Assembly: GCA_023334545.1 (NCBI GenBank)
Contig: JAADVB010000181.1
Coordinates: forward strand, 1-38,767
Length of the DNA stretch: 38,767 nucleotides
DNA from: Salisapilia sapeloensis CBS 127946
Taxonomy: Eukaryota; Protista; Oomycota
Direction: 5' to 3'
Below are positions 10,881 to 20,539 of this stretch, in pieces. Every line of letters begins with the position of its first letter. Position 1 is the first letter of the stretch. The position numbers and the translations under genes are program-made. The notes beneath the pieces were generated by a model. That model ran no database searches. It had not been told where the DNA came from and saw nothing but the letters and a program-made list of their open reading frames with translations.

Positions 10881-11386
10881 CCTTTTGTCTGCCACGTATA
10901 CCACCCTCTTGGAGACTAAACAAGATTCCAAGTAATGGAGTACTGATGAAAATATTTGACCATCGCATGACGCAAGAAGTTCTACTAGTGTCCGGAGAAT
11001 ATACTTGAATTCAGTTCGACACGTCATAAATCATCATCTTGGGAATTGATGCAATCCTAGGTAGTATGTAGGGAACCCAAGCATCTACATAGAATCAAGT
11101 TACAGATCATCTTTGAATCTCCCTTGGATTAAGCTGTCATCGCAAGAAAGTCGTTTCATCCCTCGAGTGATGTTTCATATTGAAGTTAGGTCGAACCTGA
11201 TACGTCGTTTCAAGCTACCAAGCAGGCTCATGGGCACGTCCGTTTGTACTTGGCTAATGCATCGATCGCTATTTCAGGAACAGTTATCAAGAGATCGTTC
11301 ATTGGGCTATATAAAACTGCACGAAACAATCATTATAGTAGGCGAGAAGAGCTTTCTGCTACAAGTGATTGGGTGCAGTAGGCACG

Positions 11387-13766
11387 ATGCCGAGAGTAAC
11401 TGGACGTAAGCTGTTTATTATCGCTCTCAACTTGTTCGCCACTGCCATTACGCTTTATGCCGGGCTGCAAGAAAACCCTTTCATCGTGTTCGTCCTCGGC
11501 CGATACGATCGACTTCGAGGTCGCTTCCGAACTGATTCTATCAACTATGATTTGGCGATAACAACTCTGCAGGATGTATCGACGATGCCAAACTTGAAAT
11601 ACGTCGGAGACCACTACCGCTTCTATTCGACGCCATCGCGGTCTTTTGATAGTATGGGAGAGGACCAAAATACTTGCATGGCTCTAGGTACAATGTCCGC
11701 GGTAGACTACGTCATTAGGTACAAGGACTTTTGGGGTGTTGGCCCAAGACGACTCTTAAAAGTATTCTCCTCGTTTTCAGCTCCTGGATGTCAAGTCATC
11801 AACCTTAAGCCGAACTGGGTTTATGATACTTGCATAGAGGAACTTCACCAGGGTAACGAGACAGCTTGCTATCAGTACATTCATGACAATTTCTACGCAT
11901 TGAAAAGTAAAAGGAGCATCCAAGTGAAGAATGCACATGTAGATGGAATGCGTGGAGCACCATATCTATATTGTCATGATCGTCCTTATGAAAGCTTCTA
12001 CTACATTACAGACACGCTGATGGTTGTAAAATATTGGTCTGGAATGGATGATATAATCTATCTCCGATCGAGTCAATGTTTTGCCTGGCCGATTGCTGGT
12101 GGAGATATGAATGCTGTCAACCTTACCCGACTCTACCAAGGGAGCGCCGTGAACGAGCACAGTAATGCTGTTTATGGTGTGAATGATATCGGCTGGTTTT
12201 CAGCTATCGTGTCCACTTTGTACAGTCTAGTGTCGATCACACTGATATGGAAAGGGATTATAGCGACCATCACATACTCTTCGACTGTGAACTATGTGCC
12301 AAAAGCATTGAGATTCGTTCAAGAGCTGCATTTCTTCAAGTACTTTGTGCCGTTTATGTCAGTTGCAGTGGCATTTCCATCCGTTGACACTGCTGTGATT
12401 CGATTTAAAGGTGCTCGGTTCTTTGCTTCGGACATATGGATGAACCATTGGCTATACATTTCATTAAGTACGTATACGTCTTTTGCCGATATCTCCATTA
12501 GACGACATTGACCACATGACAACAGGTATGCTTGATGCAGTTTCTAACTTTCGTCCGACGTACATGCTATTTCAGTACGGCTCCTTTATGTTGGTCAATA
12601 AAATGGCCTTCGAGAATTTTATCTTCGTCTCGGCGAGTGTCGGACGGATGACATGGGCTATCTGCTTTGTCCATACGGTGGTCTATAGATCACTTAAGTT
12701 GTTTGTGAGGGGTGCACGCAAAAGTATAAGGCCTCGGACGTTCCATCGTATAAATCGCGCATTAGATGCATGGGCACTTTTTTCGACTTACAAGGTGATC
12801 GAATGATCTACTTATCCAGATATCATGGACTAACGTGCTTTCTGTAGGTTTATAGTATTCTAACGTTCCTGATACTTTTCGTGGTTTATCGAAGCCAAGG
12901 GACGACGACGTTTATGGTAAAACATAATAACTTACTCATCTATACATTTGTAAATCGATCTGAATTATTTCTTACGTTTCATATAGGTCCGTGATGAACC
13001 CTCCAAAGTTCCTGTGTATGGTGGAGAACCTTACCTTCCCAAGTTTTGGAGAAGCGAGCTCGTGTGTGACACCATTCTTCTATTTCCAACAGTTTTATTC
13101 TTAAGTAGCTTGTTCACCATCGCCATCATGCAGACGAAATATCGGTACGTCGTGGATAACAGTCTCGTCAAACTAATTCAGCGACGATACTTTGTCGTTG
13201 GATGGGATTCGCTCGTTATAATGGATGCTCTTGGCATTGATCCGTACAATAGTGATCGAATCTCCAATGGGGTTGCTATCGCCCATTCTTCACTTGGAAC
13301 GATGCTCAAATGCCTGTACAGCTCAAGTCCAAGTGGCTTGGTCGATCTAGCAGGTGACTATGTTTTACAGGGAGGCGACAAAGAAACAAAAGCGTATCGC
13401 TACACGCTTAAACAAGCAATGTCGCTCGGACTTTATAAACGCCATGATAGCTACTTTGCAGGATCCGATACCGGTAGCTTAAGTGCAGAACCTTTATCAA
13501 GTGTAAGAGATCGTGGTTCAGACGGTGGTGATGATGAAAATGCCAAAGCACGTAGCAACGTCAGCCTGTTTGATAAAAAACTACAGGTTGTATCTGCTAA
13601 TATGTTGTCACCAATCTTTATCGTTGAGACCGAACATAAAGGTCGAGTAGTTAAAGTGAATGAGGGATCGATCTCTATGTTTGAAGTCGAAGAAGCGCTT
13701 GCAGAACTTCAGATCCTTGATATTAAACATTTACTTGGAAACACACGAAGACTTGCTATTGTGTAG
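11387..13766 (+). CDS. Multi-pass membrane protein of unknown function, oomycete-type family; join(11387..12467,12526..12794,12848..12916,12987..13766), 732 aa
   Basis: Three GT-AG introns (58, 53 and 70 nt) join three ORF-track fragments plus a 69-nt exon in frame (WMNHWLYISL-S-MLDAVSNF; STYK-VYSIL; TTFM-VRDEP). Architecture: N-terminal TM, large Cys-containing outer domain, several TM helices, C-terminal soluble domain. Confidence 0.8.
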
Positions 13767-14563
13767 CATACGATGCGATCACCAGGTTACTATGGATAGG
13801 CAATGGAATGATAGAACTCGCTTTGAAGACTTATATACAAAGGTTGCTACCTTGCGGACGAGCACTGCCAGATAAATATACCATTAGCATGGGATTCGAC
13901 GTATTAGGCACAGCAGGTGAAAATAAAATAAATTCCACATATTATGATGATACAGTTGCTTTCAAAAAAGAACTTGATAGCACTTAACTTCTTTTGATGT
14001 GGCGTTCACTAGTACTAAATAATTTTGAAATGAAGAAGTATTGATGAACAATTTATACTTTTGCTTGCTACTGATGCCGTTCATCGCAATTTTCAATTAG
14101 CGATTAACTATTGTGTAGTTTTGCAAGTCAAAGGCTTTAAATGTTAAAGGCGCTTGTGAATATCCTATGAGTTCAAATCATTCATCGAGCCAGAGATACA
14201 AGTCTATTAGCATTGGCAGATTGAGCTTATCTATAAAAAATCTGTGCATAACAATCGATTGTTAATTATATCATCCTTAAGTGTTTCTGAAAAGCAATTG
14301 TCTTTTGGAGTCAGCTAATGGCAGTTTTTTAGGTCTTCACATTGGCAGTATTGCACGAATAAATGATATAGATGAGTATAGCACCTGCCATATACCCATA
14401 ATATATGCATATCGACTGCAGAACAATTTAAGCGTGAATTATGCAAGAAACGGCCATCCGAAATTTCCATTCTTGAATTAAACTCGCGATTTAGTCCAAG
14501 CTAAGCTCACCTGCACAAACGTTAGATCTACGCGTCGTGATCACTGCTATGTCCTCTTCAAAC

Positions 14564-16843
14564 TCATGGTACAGGAGTCCCTGCCGTAGCAATTACACTA
14601 CCTCCGCTCGAAGCACTTTCATCTGACCCACCCGAGCTCGACATTCCGTCACTTCCCGATGACTCTTTGTTCGCCTTGCCGCCATCCTCTGAAAAGTCAG
14701 TCATGTCCGTTGGATTGCTCCCGCTAGTACTTCCTTCATCCGACATGCTAGATCCGGACATGCTCCAGCCATCTGACGATGTCTCCGCTGACTCGGTGCC
14801 TTCATCGTCAAGATCATCCGTCTCACCGCTTTTAGAGCCGTCACTTTTAAAGCTGTTGTCGACAGAACTAAAGGTTGACGTGCTTGAGTCATCAGAAGGA
14901 GCAAACATCAACTCGTCACCTTCGTCAATAAGGTCGTCAGTGCCATCACTTTTAGAGCCATCAATTGTAGAATTACCGTCGATAGAGCCCGCAGTCGATA
15001 CACTCGAGCCATTGGATGAGGTTGTCGTCGACTCGGTGCTGTTGTCATTAAAAATGTCAACAGGATTGGCCGTCTCGGAGTTATCATTTTCACCGCCCTC
15101 ATCCATAGAACCAGAGGTCGACACATTCGAGCTGCCAGGTGGAGCGCCGACCATCCCCTCGTTTTCGTCCAATGAGCCGGAGGTCGAAATGCTTGAGCTG
15201 TCGGACGGAGCATCAGTAGCCACGATGCTTTCTTCGAAAAGGTCATCATTATTGTCCGTTTCGCTGCCATCATTTTCAGAGGCGTTGTCCACAGAACGGG
15301 AGGTAGACATACTCGAGTTTTCCGATAGAGCATTAGTCACCTCTTCGTCTTCGTCTACAGAACCGGAGGTCGACGTGTTTGAGCCGTCAGATGACACGTC
15401 CGTTCCCTCTCCGCCTTCATTCACAGAGCCACTACCATCACTCGTCTCGGAGCTATCGCTTCGACTAGCTTCGCCTGACATATTAGAGGTCGACATGCTC
15501 GAGCCATCGGATGAGGTTTCCATTGAATCGGTGCCTTCATCATCAGCAAGTTTTTCACTGCTATCCATCGACGCGGATGTCTCACTATCACCGGATTTGC
15601 TATTTTCAGCTAGACTACCGTCAGTGTTGCTGTCAGCTGCTTTAGAAGTGATGTCTTCCTGGTCGGTACTTGCGTCAGAATTGCTACTGGCATCAGTTGA
15701 AGGAACAGATCTGAAAGAGGAGTGAAAAGTATTGTCGCTCTCATCCGACCCGTCGCTGTCGTCACTCTCGGTGGAGCCTGCTTCGCCGTCCAGTTCGTTG
15801 TTCGAATCTAAACTGGAGGAACCATTTGCAGTGTTAGTCCCTTCTTTCATATCATCATCGTCATCTGATCCTTCGGTGTCCACATTAGCCGAGAGGTCAT
15901 CCGAATCTTGTCTAGAGTCGGCATGAACTACTCCAGCTTCCTCCTCTTCTGTCTCTGAAGCGGACGAATCAGACGGCTTGTGTTGACTATGAGGACTCGA
16001 AGCGATACCTAATAGTTCAAAAGTAGCCTGTGATGGAGATGGAGGTTGGTCACTATCGACGGCCAAGTCATCCGAAGTGTCACTGTCACTCTCTCCTACA
16101 TCCAGGTTATCATTATTCTCGCTTCCAGTACGCTTGACAGCCGAGTCATCAGAAGTATCACTATCACTCTCCCCAACATCTAGGTTTCCACCAGTTTCGC
16201 TTCTACCATTTTTCTCACTCGAACTCGAGCCAGACTCGCTCTTCGCATCTCCTTTTTCAATCGTTATGTCCGCGCAGTTCACATACATTTGATCTCCTTC
16301 GAATTGGAGTTGGAGAGCACATGCACCTTTATCGACGCATACCGTAACGTTTGACGGAATTTGGACTTGGACCTTCTTCGCATCAGACGATGGATTATAC
16401 TTGTCATTCGAATACAGCGTCTGGTAGGCGTTAAAGAAGGGCTTTGTAGCTCCACTATCAATGGGCTGGACGATTGAAACGGACAACTTTCCAGCTTCCT
16501 TCCCTTCCAATTCGAACGTCACATCCAGTTCATCTCCGGGCGACAACACTTCCACCGGCGTTTTCCCAGCTTCATAGACAGTCCCGCCACATCCATTGTA
16601 CAGCGCATTGTTAAATTCACCATCATTTCCATCCTTTGTCTTCGTAGCAATGGTAACAATCTCTTCCAGACTCTTTTTCTCGAAATCTTCGTCCGAGACA
16701 TCAAACTTGGTCAAATTCAATCGATCTCGTAGTCCATCCGTAAGTGGACGAGGCTTTGGATTCTTTAGAAACGTTTGTCCCAAGACACTCGAGGCTAGGA
16801 GACTCGAGATGAAAAGGTACGTCGAGGTAGAAGGTATCTTCAT
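14564..16843 (-). CDS. Secreted protein, 759 aa: LPMO/chitin-binding-type-4-like N-terminal domain (His-less) followed by a long Ser/Asp-rich stalk
   Basis: Signal peptide MKIPSTSTYLFISSLLASSVLG from ATG 16843; the ORF-track start at 16882 lies in the promoter. The domain NGCGGTVYEAG...PGDELDVTF...CALQL...QMYVNCADITI ends in the QxYxxCADI pattern seen at LPMO C-termini. The remaining ~560 aa are low complexity. Confidence 0.7.
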   Translation of the reverse strand: MKIPSTSTYLFISSLLASSVLGQTFLKNPKPRPLTDGLRDRLNLTKFDVSDEDFEKKSLEEIVTIATKTKDGNDGEFNNALYNGCGGTVYEAGKTPVEVLSPGDELDVTFELEGKEAGKLSVSIVQPIDSGATKPFFNAYQTLYSNDKYNPSSDAKKVQVQIPSNVTVCVDKGACALQLQFEGDQMYVNCADITIEKGDAKSESGSSSSEKNGRSETGGNLDVGESDSDTSDDSAVKRTGSENNDNLDVGESDSDTSDDLAVDSDQPPSPSQATFELLGIASSPHSQHKPSDSSASETEEEEAGVVHADSRQDSDDLSANVDTEGSDDDDDMKEGTNTANGSSSLDSNNELDGEAGSTESDDSDGSDESDNTFHSSFRSVPSTDASSNSDASTDQEDITSKAADSNTDGSLAENSKSGDSETSASMDSSEKLADDEGTDSMETSSDGSSMSTSNMSGEASRSDSSETSDGSGSVNEGGEGTDVSSDGSNTSTSGSVDEDEEVTNALSENSSMSTSRSVDNASENDGSETDNNDDLFEESIVATDAPSDSSSISTSGSLDENEGMVGAPPGSSNVSTSGSMDEGGENDNSETANPVDIFNDNSTESTTTSSNGSSVSTAGSIDGNSTIDGSKSDGTDDLIDEGDELMFAPSDDSSTSTFSSVDNSFKSDGSKSGETDDLDDEGTESAETSSDGWSMSGSSMSDEGSTSGSNPTDMTDFSEDGGKANKESSGSDGMSSSGGSDESASSGGSVIATAGTPVP
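16068..16186 (-). repeat. Two-copy internal duplication (period 78 nt) encoding NLDVGESDSDTSDD
   Basis: Near-identical segments at 16068-16109 and 16146-16186 that differ mostly at third codon positions. Confidence 0.85.
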
Positions 16844-16864
16844 GAAAAGTGTCGGCTGGCGATG

Positions 16865-16880
16865 AAAAGTAAAAATGAGC
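16865..16880 (-). promoter_or_regulatory. Initiator + FPR core promoter of the LPMO-like gene
   Basis: Minus strand GCTCATTTTTACTTTT matches the GCTCATTYBNNNWTTY consensus and lies about 22-37 nt upstream of ATG 16843. Confidence 0.75.
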
Positions 16881-17031
16881 ATGACAAGCTTTCCTTCCCT
16901 CCCTTCCCTTCCATGACGCTTGTATTAAGTATTATCCAGCGTACATTCCATTTATCAATTCGAATCACATCCACATACATATCTCACGAAACACATCCAA
17001 GGGCATAAGTATATTCCTACCACAAATCTAT

Positions 17032-19968
17032 TTACAATCCCTTCGTCGTCACCACTTCCTCCAGGACCTTGGATGCTAATTCATCGTGAGGTGGTAACTG
17101 CCCTTCGCTTAACAACTTCTGACGTATCTGTTCCGCTGCGGACAAGTGATGAACAGATCGTTGGGAAAAGATTTTCAACACAGCGTTCGACTCACTCGCT
17201 TCCGTCAAGACAGTCACGATCTTCTGTCGCCAGAGCTCGTGGATGCCACGCATCGCACTGTGTCGTAGCTCCTGTCGCATGTCGCTAGAGCCTATCATTG
17301 GGATTGCACACGACACGTTCAAGACGTTTGCAGCACAGTTCATCGCCGGATCTCGCTCGCCCTCAATGGTTACCAGGACTTCGACCGCAAAGGATTCTCT
17401 TCCAGCGACATGAATGTGCATCCCGAATTCAAGACGAGTATCTGCCTCGTCATCCGGATCTTGCGTACTTAAGAAACAGTACTGGACATCTTCAACCTGT
17501 ACGTTTTCCGAATTTTTCACCGACATACAAAACGTTTGCTTCCGGATCTTGCCAATCGTTTCCGGCGATGAGTACGATCGATCGCGACTGTCATCAAGTT
17601 CACTCAAGTCCATCTTGTCGTCCTTGACGACTTGCTTCTGGTATGGCATCCAAGACGTAATGTCAACGTGTCCGTTAGTCGTACACTTGCGACCCACGGC
17701 ATACTGTGCCATGGCACTTTCATCGGACAATAAAGTCTGGAAGACAACCCAAGGACTCAACTTGCCATTAAGTTTCTCCGTGACGACTGGAACGAATTCT
17801 TTCTTGCTGCACTGGAAGAAAGGAACGGATGTAGCGATTGGACCGCCTCGATCGGATCCGCTACTACGTCGCATGTCTCCGTCGCCATTGTACACATTCC
17901 ATGAGATACCTCCGATGGGAAGTTTGGCAAAGTGGAGCGAAGCAGAGGAAGCTAGTTCTTGACGAGTGTACGATTTGGCTAAAGCAGTGAGCATGGACTT
18001 AGCTACTTCCATCGGTAGAGGGTGCACTTCGAGCATCTTCTGACCTGTCAGTGACTTGCGCTCGGAGGAAGAATCACCACGTCCACGAGCAAACGTACCG
18101 AGCATTGTGTTGCATGCATTCTTGACGCCTTCGAATGCACTCTTGTAGAGTTCGTCATCCACACGTACGGGGGAGACGACACCGGCACGACATTGGACGT
18201 CAACCTCACTCATGCCAGGCTCGCCATGTCCAGTCTGGAAGTCCAATACACACTCGACTGATACGTTGTTTGCCATGGGGATACCTAAAAGCACTACGCA
18301 TGAACGTACTGTCATGCTTCGAAAGTTCTTTTCATCCACTTCGCATGAAGTATAGACGTCCATCGCCACAGGATTCACATTCTTCACGATGGCTGAAGTG
18401 CTCTTGCACATGTCTGTCGGTGGTCGATAACAAATGCGACGGACATAGCCAAAGCGTTTATGATAATGCCACTCACGTCCGTTCTTACTCTCATTTTGAG
18501 AGGTCGAACCAGAATGATTGCTCGTCGAGTCTGCGACAGGAGATTCAGATAGTTGCGTCGCGTCATCCATGTCGGTTGAAGAGGTGGACACAGACGGAAT
18601 GAGAATGCCTTTCTTCTTCTTACTCACCGCAACAGCGTTCCGTCGAGCTTCTGTATCGACCATAAGCTCCACAATGTCTCGAACAGACCATTGGGTTAAA
18701 CTTGTGGCAAAGATCTGCTTCATTTTCTTCGCTGGTAGTTGAGAAAACTTCTTGGTAGACTTTGGATCTGGTCGCCAAGGAATGTACACACACGAGTGTT
18801 TGCTCTGCGTCAAGATGGGCGGCTGGAAGGCTGTATTTCCAATACGAGGGAACACCACGGGTGCAGATGTACGCGTAGGTTTGGCCGACGGCAAGCCGAC
18901 GTCTTCCGAGGTCATCTGCTGTTCTTCTCGAGCTTCAAATGCAGATAGGTCGGAAGCATATCGTAGTTTTAGTGCGTTTGAAAAGCTTCTGGATAAATAA
19001 ACAGGCGACGATCCATCGCTACTAAAGCTGCTTTCCAATAGATTGTTCATGCTGGACGACAAGATGTTCGAACTGCTACCACTAAACCCATTATTCGATC
19101 CACCCCATGAAGTGGAAGAGTTGGACGATTGTGAGAGAAAGTCAGTTGTCCTGGAAAGCCATAGTCCCTGTCCAAACCTGGCAGAACAGAGCAATAAATA
19201 GATAGGAGAAGACACCTGTGGTTCCTCTTCTTCTTCCTCTGTCTTTCCTTTCTTTTGAGACCCGACGTCTGGTGTCAAGACACGGAATGCTTCCCATCCT
19301 TGTAGCTTTTTGGCACTCACAACAGGCTTACCGACAAATGTCTGTCCGATAAGTCGTTGAGAAATGGTAGAACGAAATCCCCAGTGGTGAGTCTTTCCCT
19401 TTTCAATATGGAACAAACAAGAGGCATCCGGAGATGCAGTCATGACGAGCTTCCGCTGCCTCGTAACGCATAAAAAGAGTCCGCTGTTTTCGTCTTGTAG
19501 ATACACCGACTCGGACTCACTCGCGCTGATTTGATGATCACATAGAGACTCCGTCACCTGATAATAGGCAGATTTGTCCGCGGTGGCTGCTGACACGACA
19601 TGCTCCGAAGCAGACGCATCCGACCAGGCCTTGGCGCGTGCTCGAGCTTCTTCAAACAGTTCATCCGACAGACCGCGCGAGAGCTCTTCTCGCGCAGAAG
19701 CTGTTGCTTTCTTCGACTTTTCAACAATATGCGCATTCGTACTTTTGGATATCTGGCGCGGGTCGCTCCAGTGGAAGCATGCAGCGGCAACTTCCCGCAC
19801 AAACGAGCAGTATGAGTCCGTGGAAAGACATGCGCACGCGAAGAGTGTCGGTACGAGCGCCATGAGGAGCATGTGGGACCAAGAGCTGGCGCTCGCGGAC
19901 GCCAGGATCAACGTCAACACGGCACTCGTCGCCAAAGATGCGGCAACTGGTAGAAGCTCTACCTCCAT
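17032..19968 (-). CDS. 978-aa protein: N-terminal membrane anchor, fascin-like beta-trefoil segment, two VASt/StART-like lipid-transfer domains
   Basis: Single ORF with a hydrophobic N-terminus. Segment VYLQDENSGLFLCV...WGFRSTISQRLIG...KKLQGWEAFRV resembles fascin-like repeats. Two helix-grip-like regions: YVRRICYRP...VLLGIPMANNVSVEC and SPWVVFQTLLSD...ITSWMP...IRKQTF...ESFAVEVLVTI. Confidence 0.6.
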   Translation of the reverse strand: MEVELLPVAASLATSAVLTLILASASASSWSHMLLMALVPTLFACACLSTDSYCSFVREVAAACFHWSDPRQISKSTNAHIVEKSKKATASAREELSRGLSDELFEEARARAKAWSDASASEHVVSAATADKSAYYQVTESLCDHQISASESESVYLQDENSGLFLCVTRQRKLVMTASPDASCLFHIEKGKTHHWGFRSTISQRLIGQTFVGKPVVSAKKLQGWEAFRVLTPDVGSQKKGKTEEEEEEPQVSSPIYLLLCSARFGQGLWLSRTTDFLSQSSNSSTSWGGSNNGFSGSSSNILSSSMNNLLESSFSSDGSSPVYLSRSFSNALKLRYASDLSAFEAREEQQMTSEDVGLPSAKPTRTSAPVVFPRIGNTAFQPPILTQSKHSCVYIPWRPDPKSTKKFSQLPAKKMKQIFATSLTQWSVRDIVELMVDTEARRNAVAVSKKKKGILIPSVSTSSTDMDDATQLSESPVADSTSNHSGSTSQNESKNGREWHYHKRFGYVRRICYRPPTDMCKSTSAIVKNVNPVAMDVYTSCEVDEKNFRSMTVRSCVVLLGIPMANNVSVECVLDFQTGHGEPGMSEVDVQCRAGVVSPVRVDDELYKSAFEGVKNACNTMLGTFARGRGDSSSERKSLTGQKMLEVHPLPMEVAKSMLTALAKSYTRQELASSASLHFAKLPIGGISWNVYNGDGDMRRSSGSDRGGPIATSVPFFQCSKKEFVPVVTEKLNGKLSPWVVFQTLLSDESAMAQYAVGRKCTTNGHVDITSWMPYQKQVVKDDKMDLSELDDSRDRSYSSPETIGKIRKQTFCMSVKNSENVQVEDVQYCFLSTQDPDDEADTRLEFGMHIHVAGRESFAVEVLVTIEGERDPAMNCAANVLNVSCAIPMIGSSDMRQELRHSAMRGIHELWRQKIVTVLTEASESNAVLKIFSQRSVHHLSAAEQIRQKLLSEGQLPPHDELASKVLEEVVTTKGL

Positions 19969-19971
19969 CGT

Positions 19972-20030
19972 GGCAAATTTTCAAATGGAGATAGTAGAGC
20001 CCGACCATCATCATTGACATCTGTGATTGG
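19972..20030 (-). promoter_or_regulatory. Initiator/FPR-like motif plus upstream CCAAT box of the VASt gene, within a divergent promoter shared with the channel gene
   Basis: Minus strand CTCCATTTGAAAATTTGCC at 19990-19972 lies just before ATG 19968; CCAAT on the minus strand at 20030-20026. Confidence 0.5.
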
Positions 20031-20539
20031 CTTATATTCGCATTTCTACCAATGAGACGGGAGCGTGAACATGGAGCAGATGGCAAGCGACGACTGATCA
20101 AGTGCCAGCAGCTCGCTCGTGTCACAGCATCTCTGCCTCGTATCATTGGAAACGTTTGGATGGTGAAGATATAAGGCGTTTTGCGAGGCAGAGATGGACT
20201 TTCGTGGACAAGGGTGTTTACGATGGTGCTAGTACCGCATCATCGAATAGTATCTCGATGGAAATGCATGTTGTGGTAATCGCATTTTAATCGGGTGAAA
20301 GATATGTATCTCCTACACGTAATTCCGATCCTATCTTGCGAAGAATAGAGACACGACCGTGTTAAAAGTGTGCAAGCTGCATGCAAATAGCCGATCTTCC
20401 TCTAGGTTGAAGTTATATTGAAGTGAAGTACCCTGGTCCTCGTTTCAAATAAATCTGTCGGGATTCATGCTTGTTAAAATCAGGAAGTGGGTACACGCCC
20501 AGCTACCAGTCTCTACTTTATTAACCCACAAGCTGCTTC

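Noticed and set aside
12468-12501. Ultra-short introns (28-37 nt) as a genome feature
   Set aside because: Each short option (here, at 4957, at 4193, at 10675) has a longer alternative that keeps the frame and fits the protein or typical size better.
14667-15725. 352-aa plus-strand ORF antisense to the LPMO-like stalk
   Set aside because: Same compositional shadow effect.
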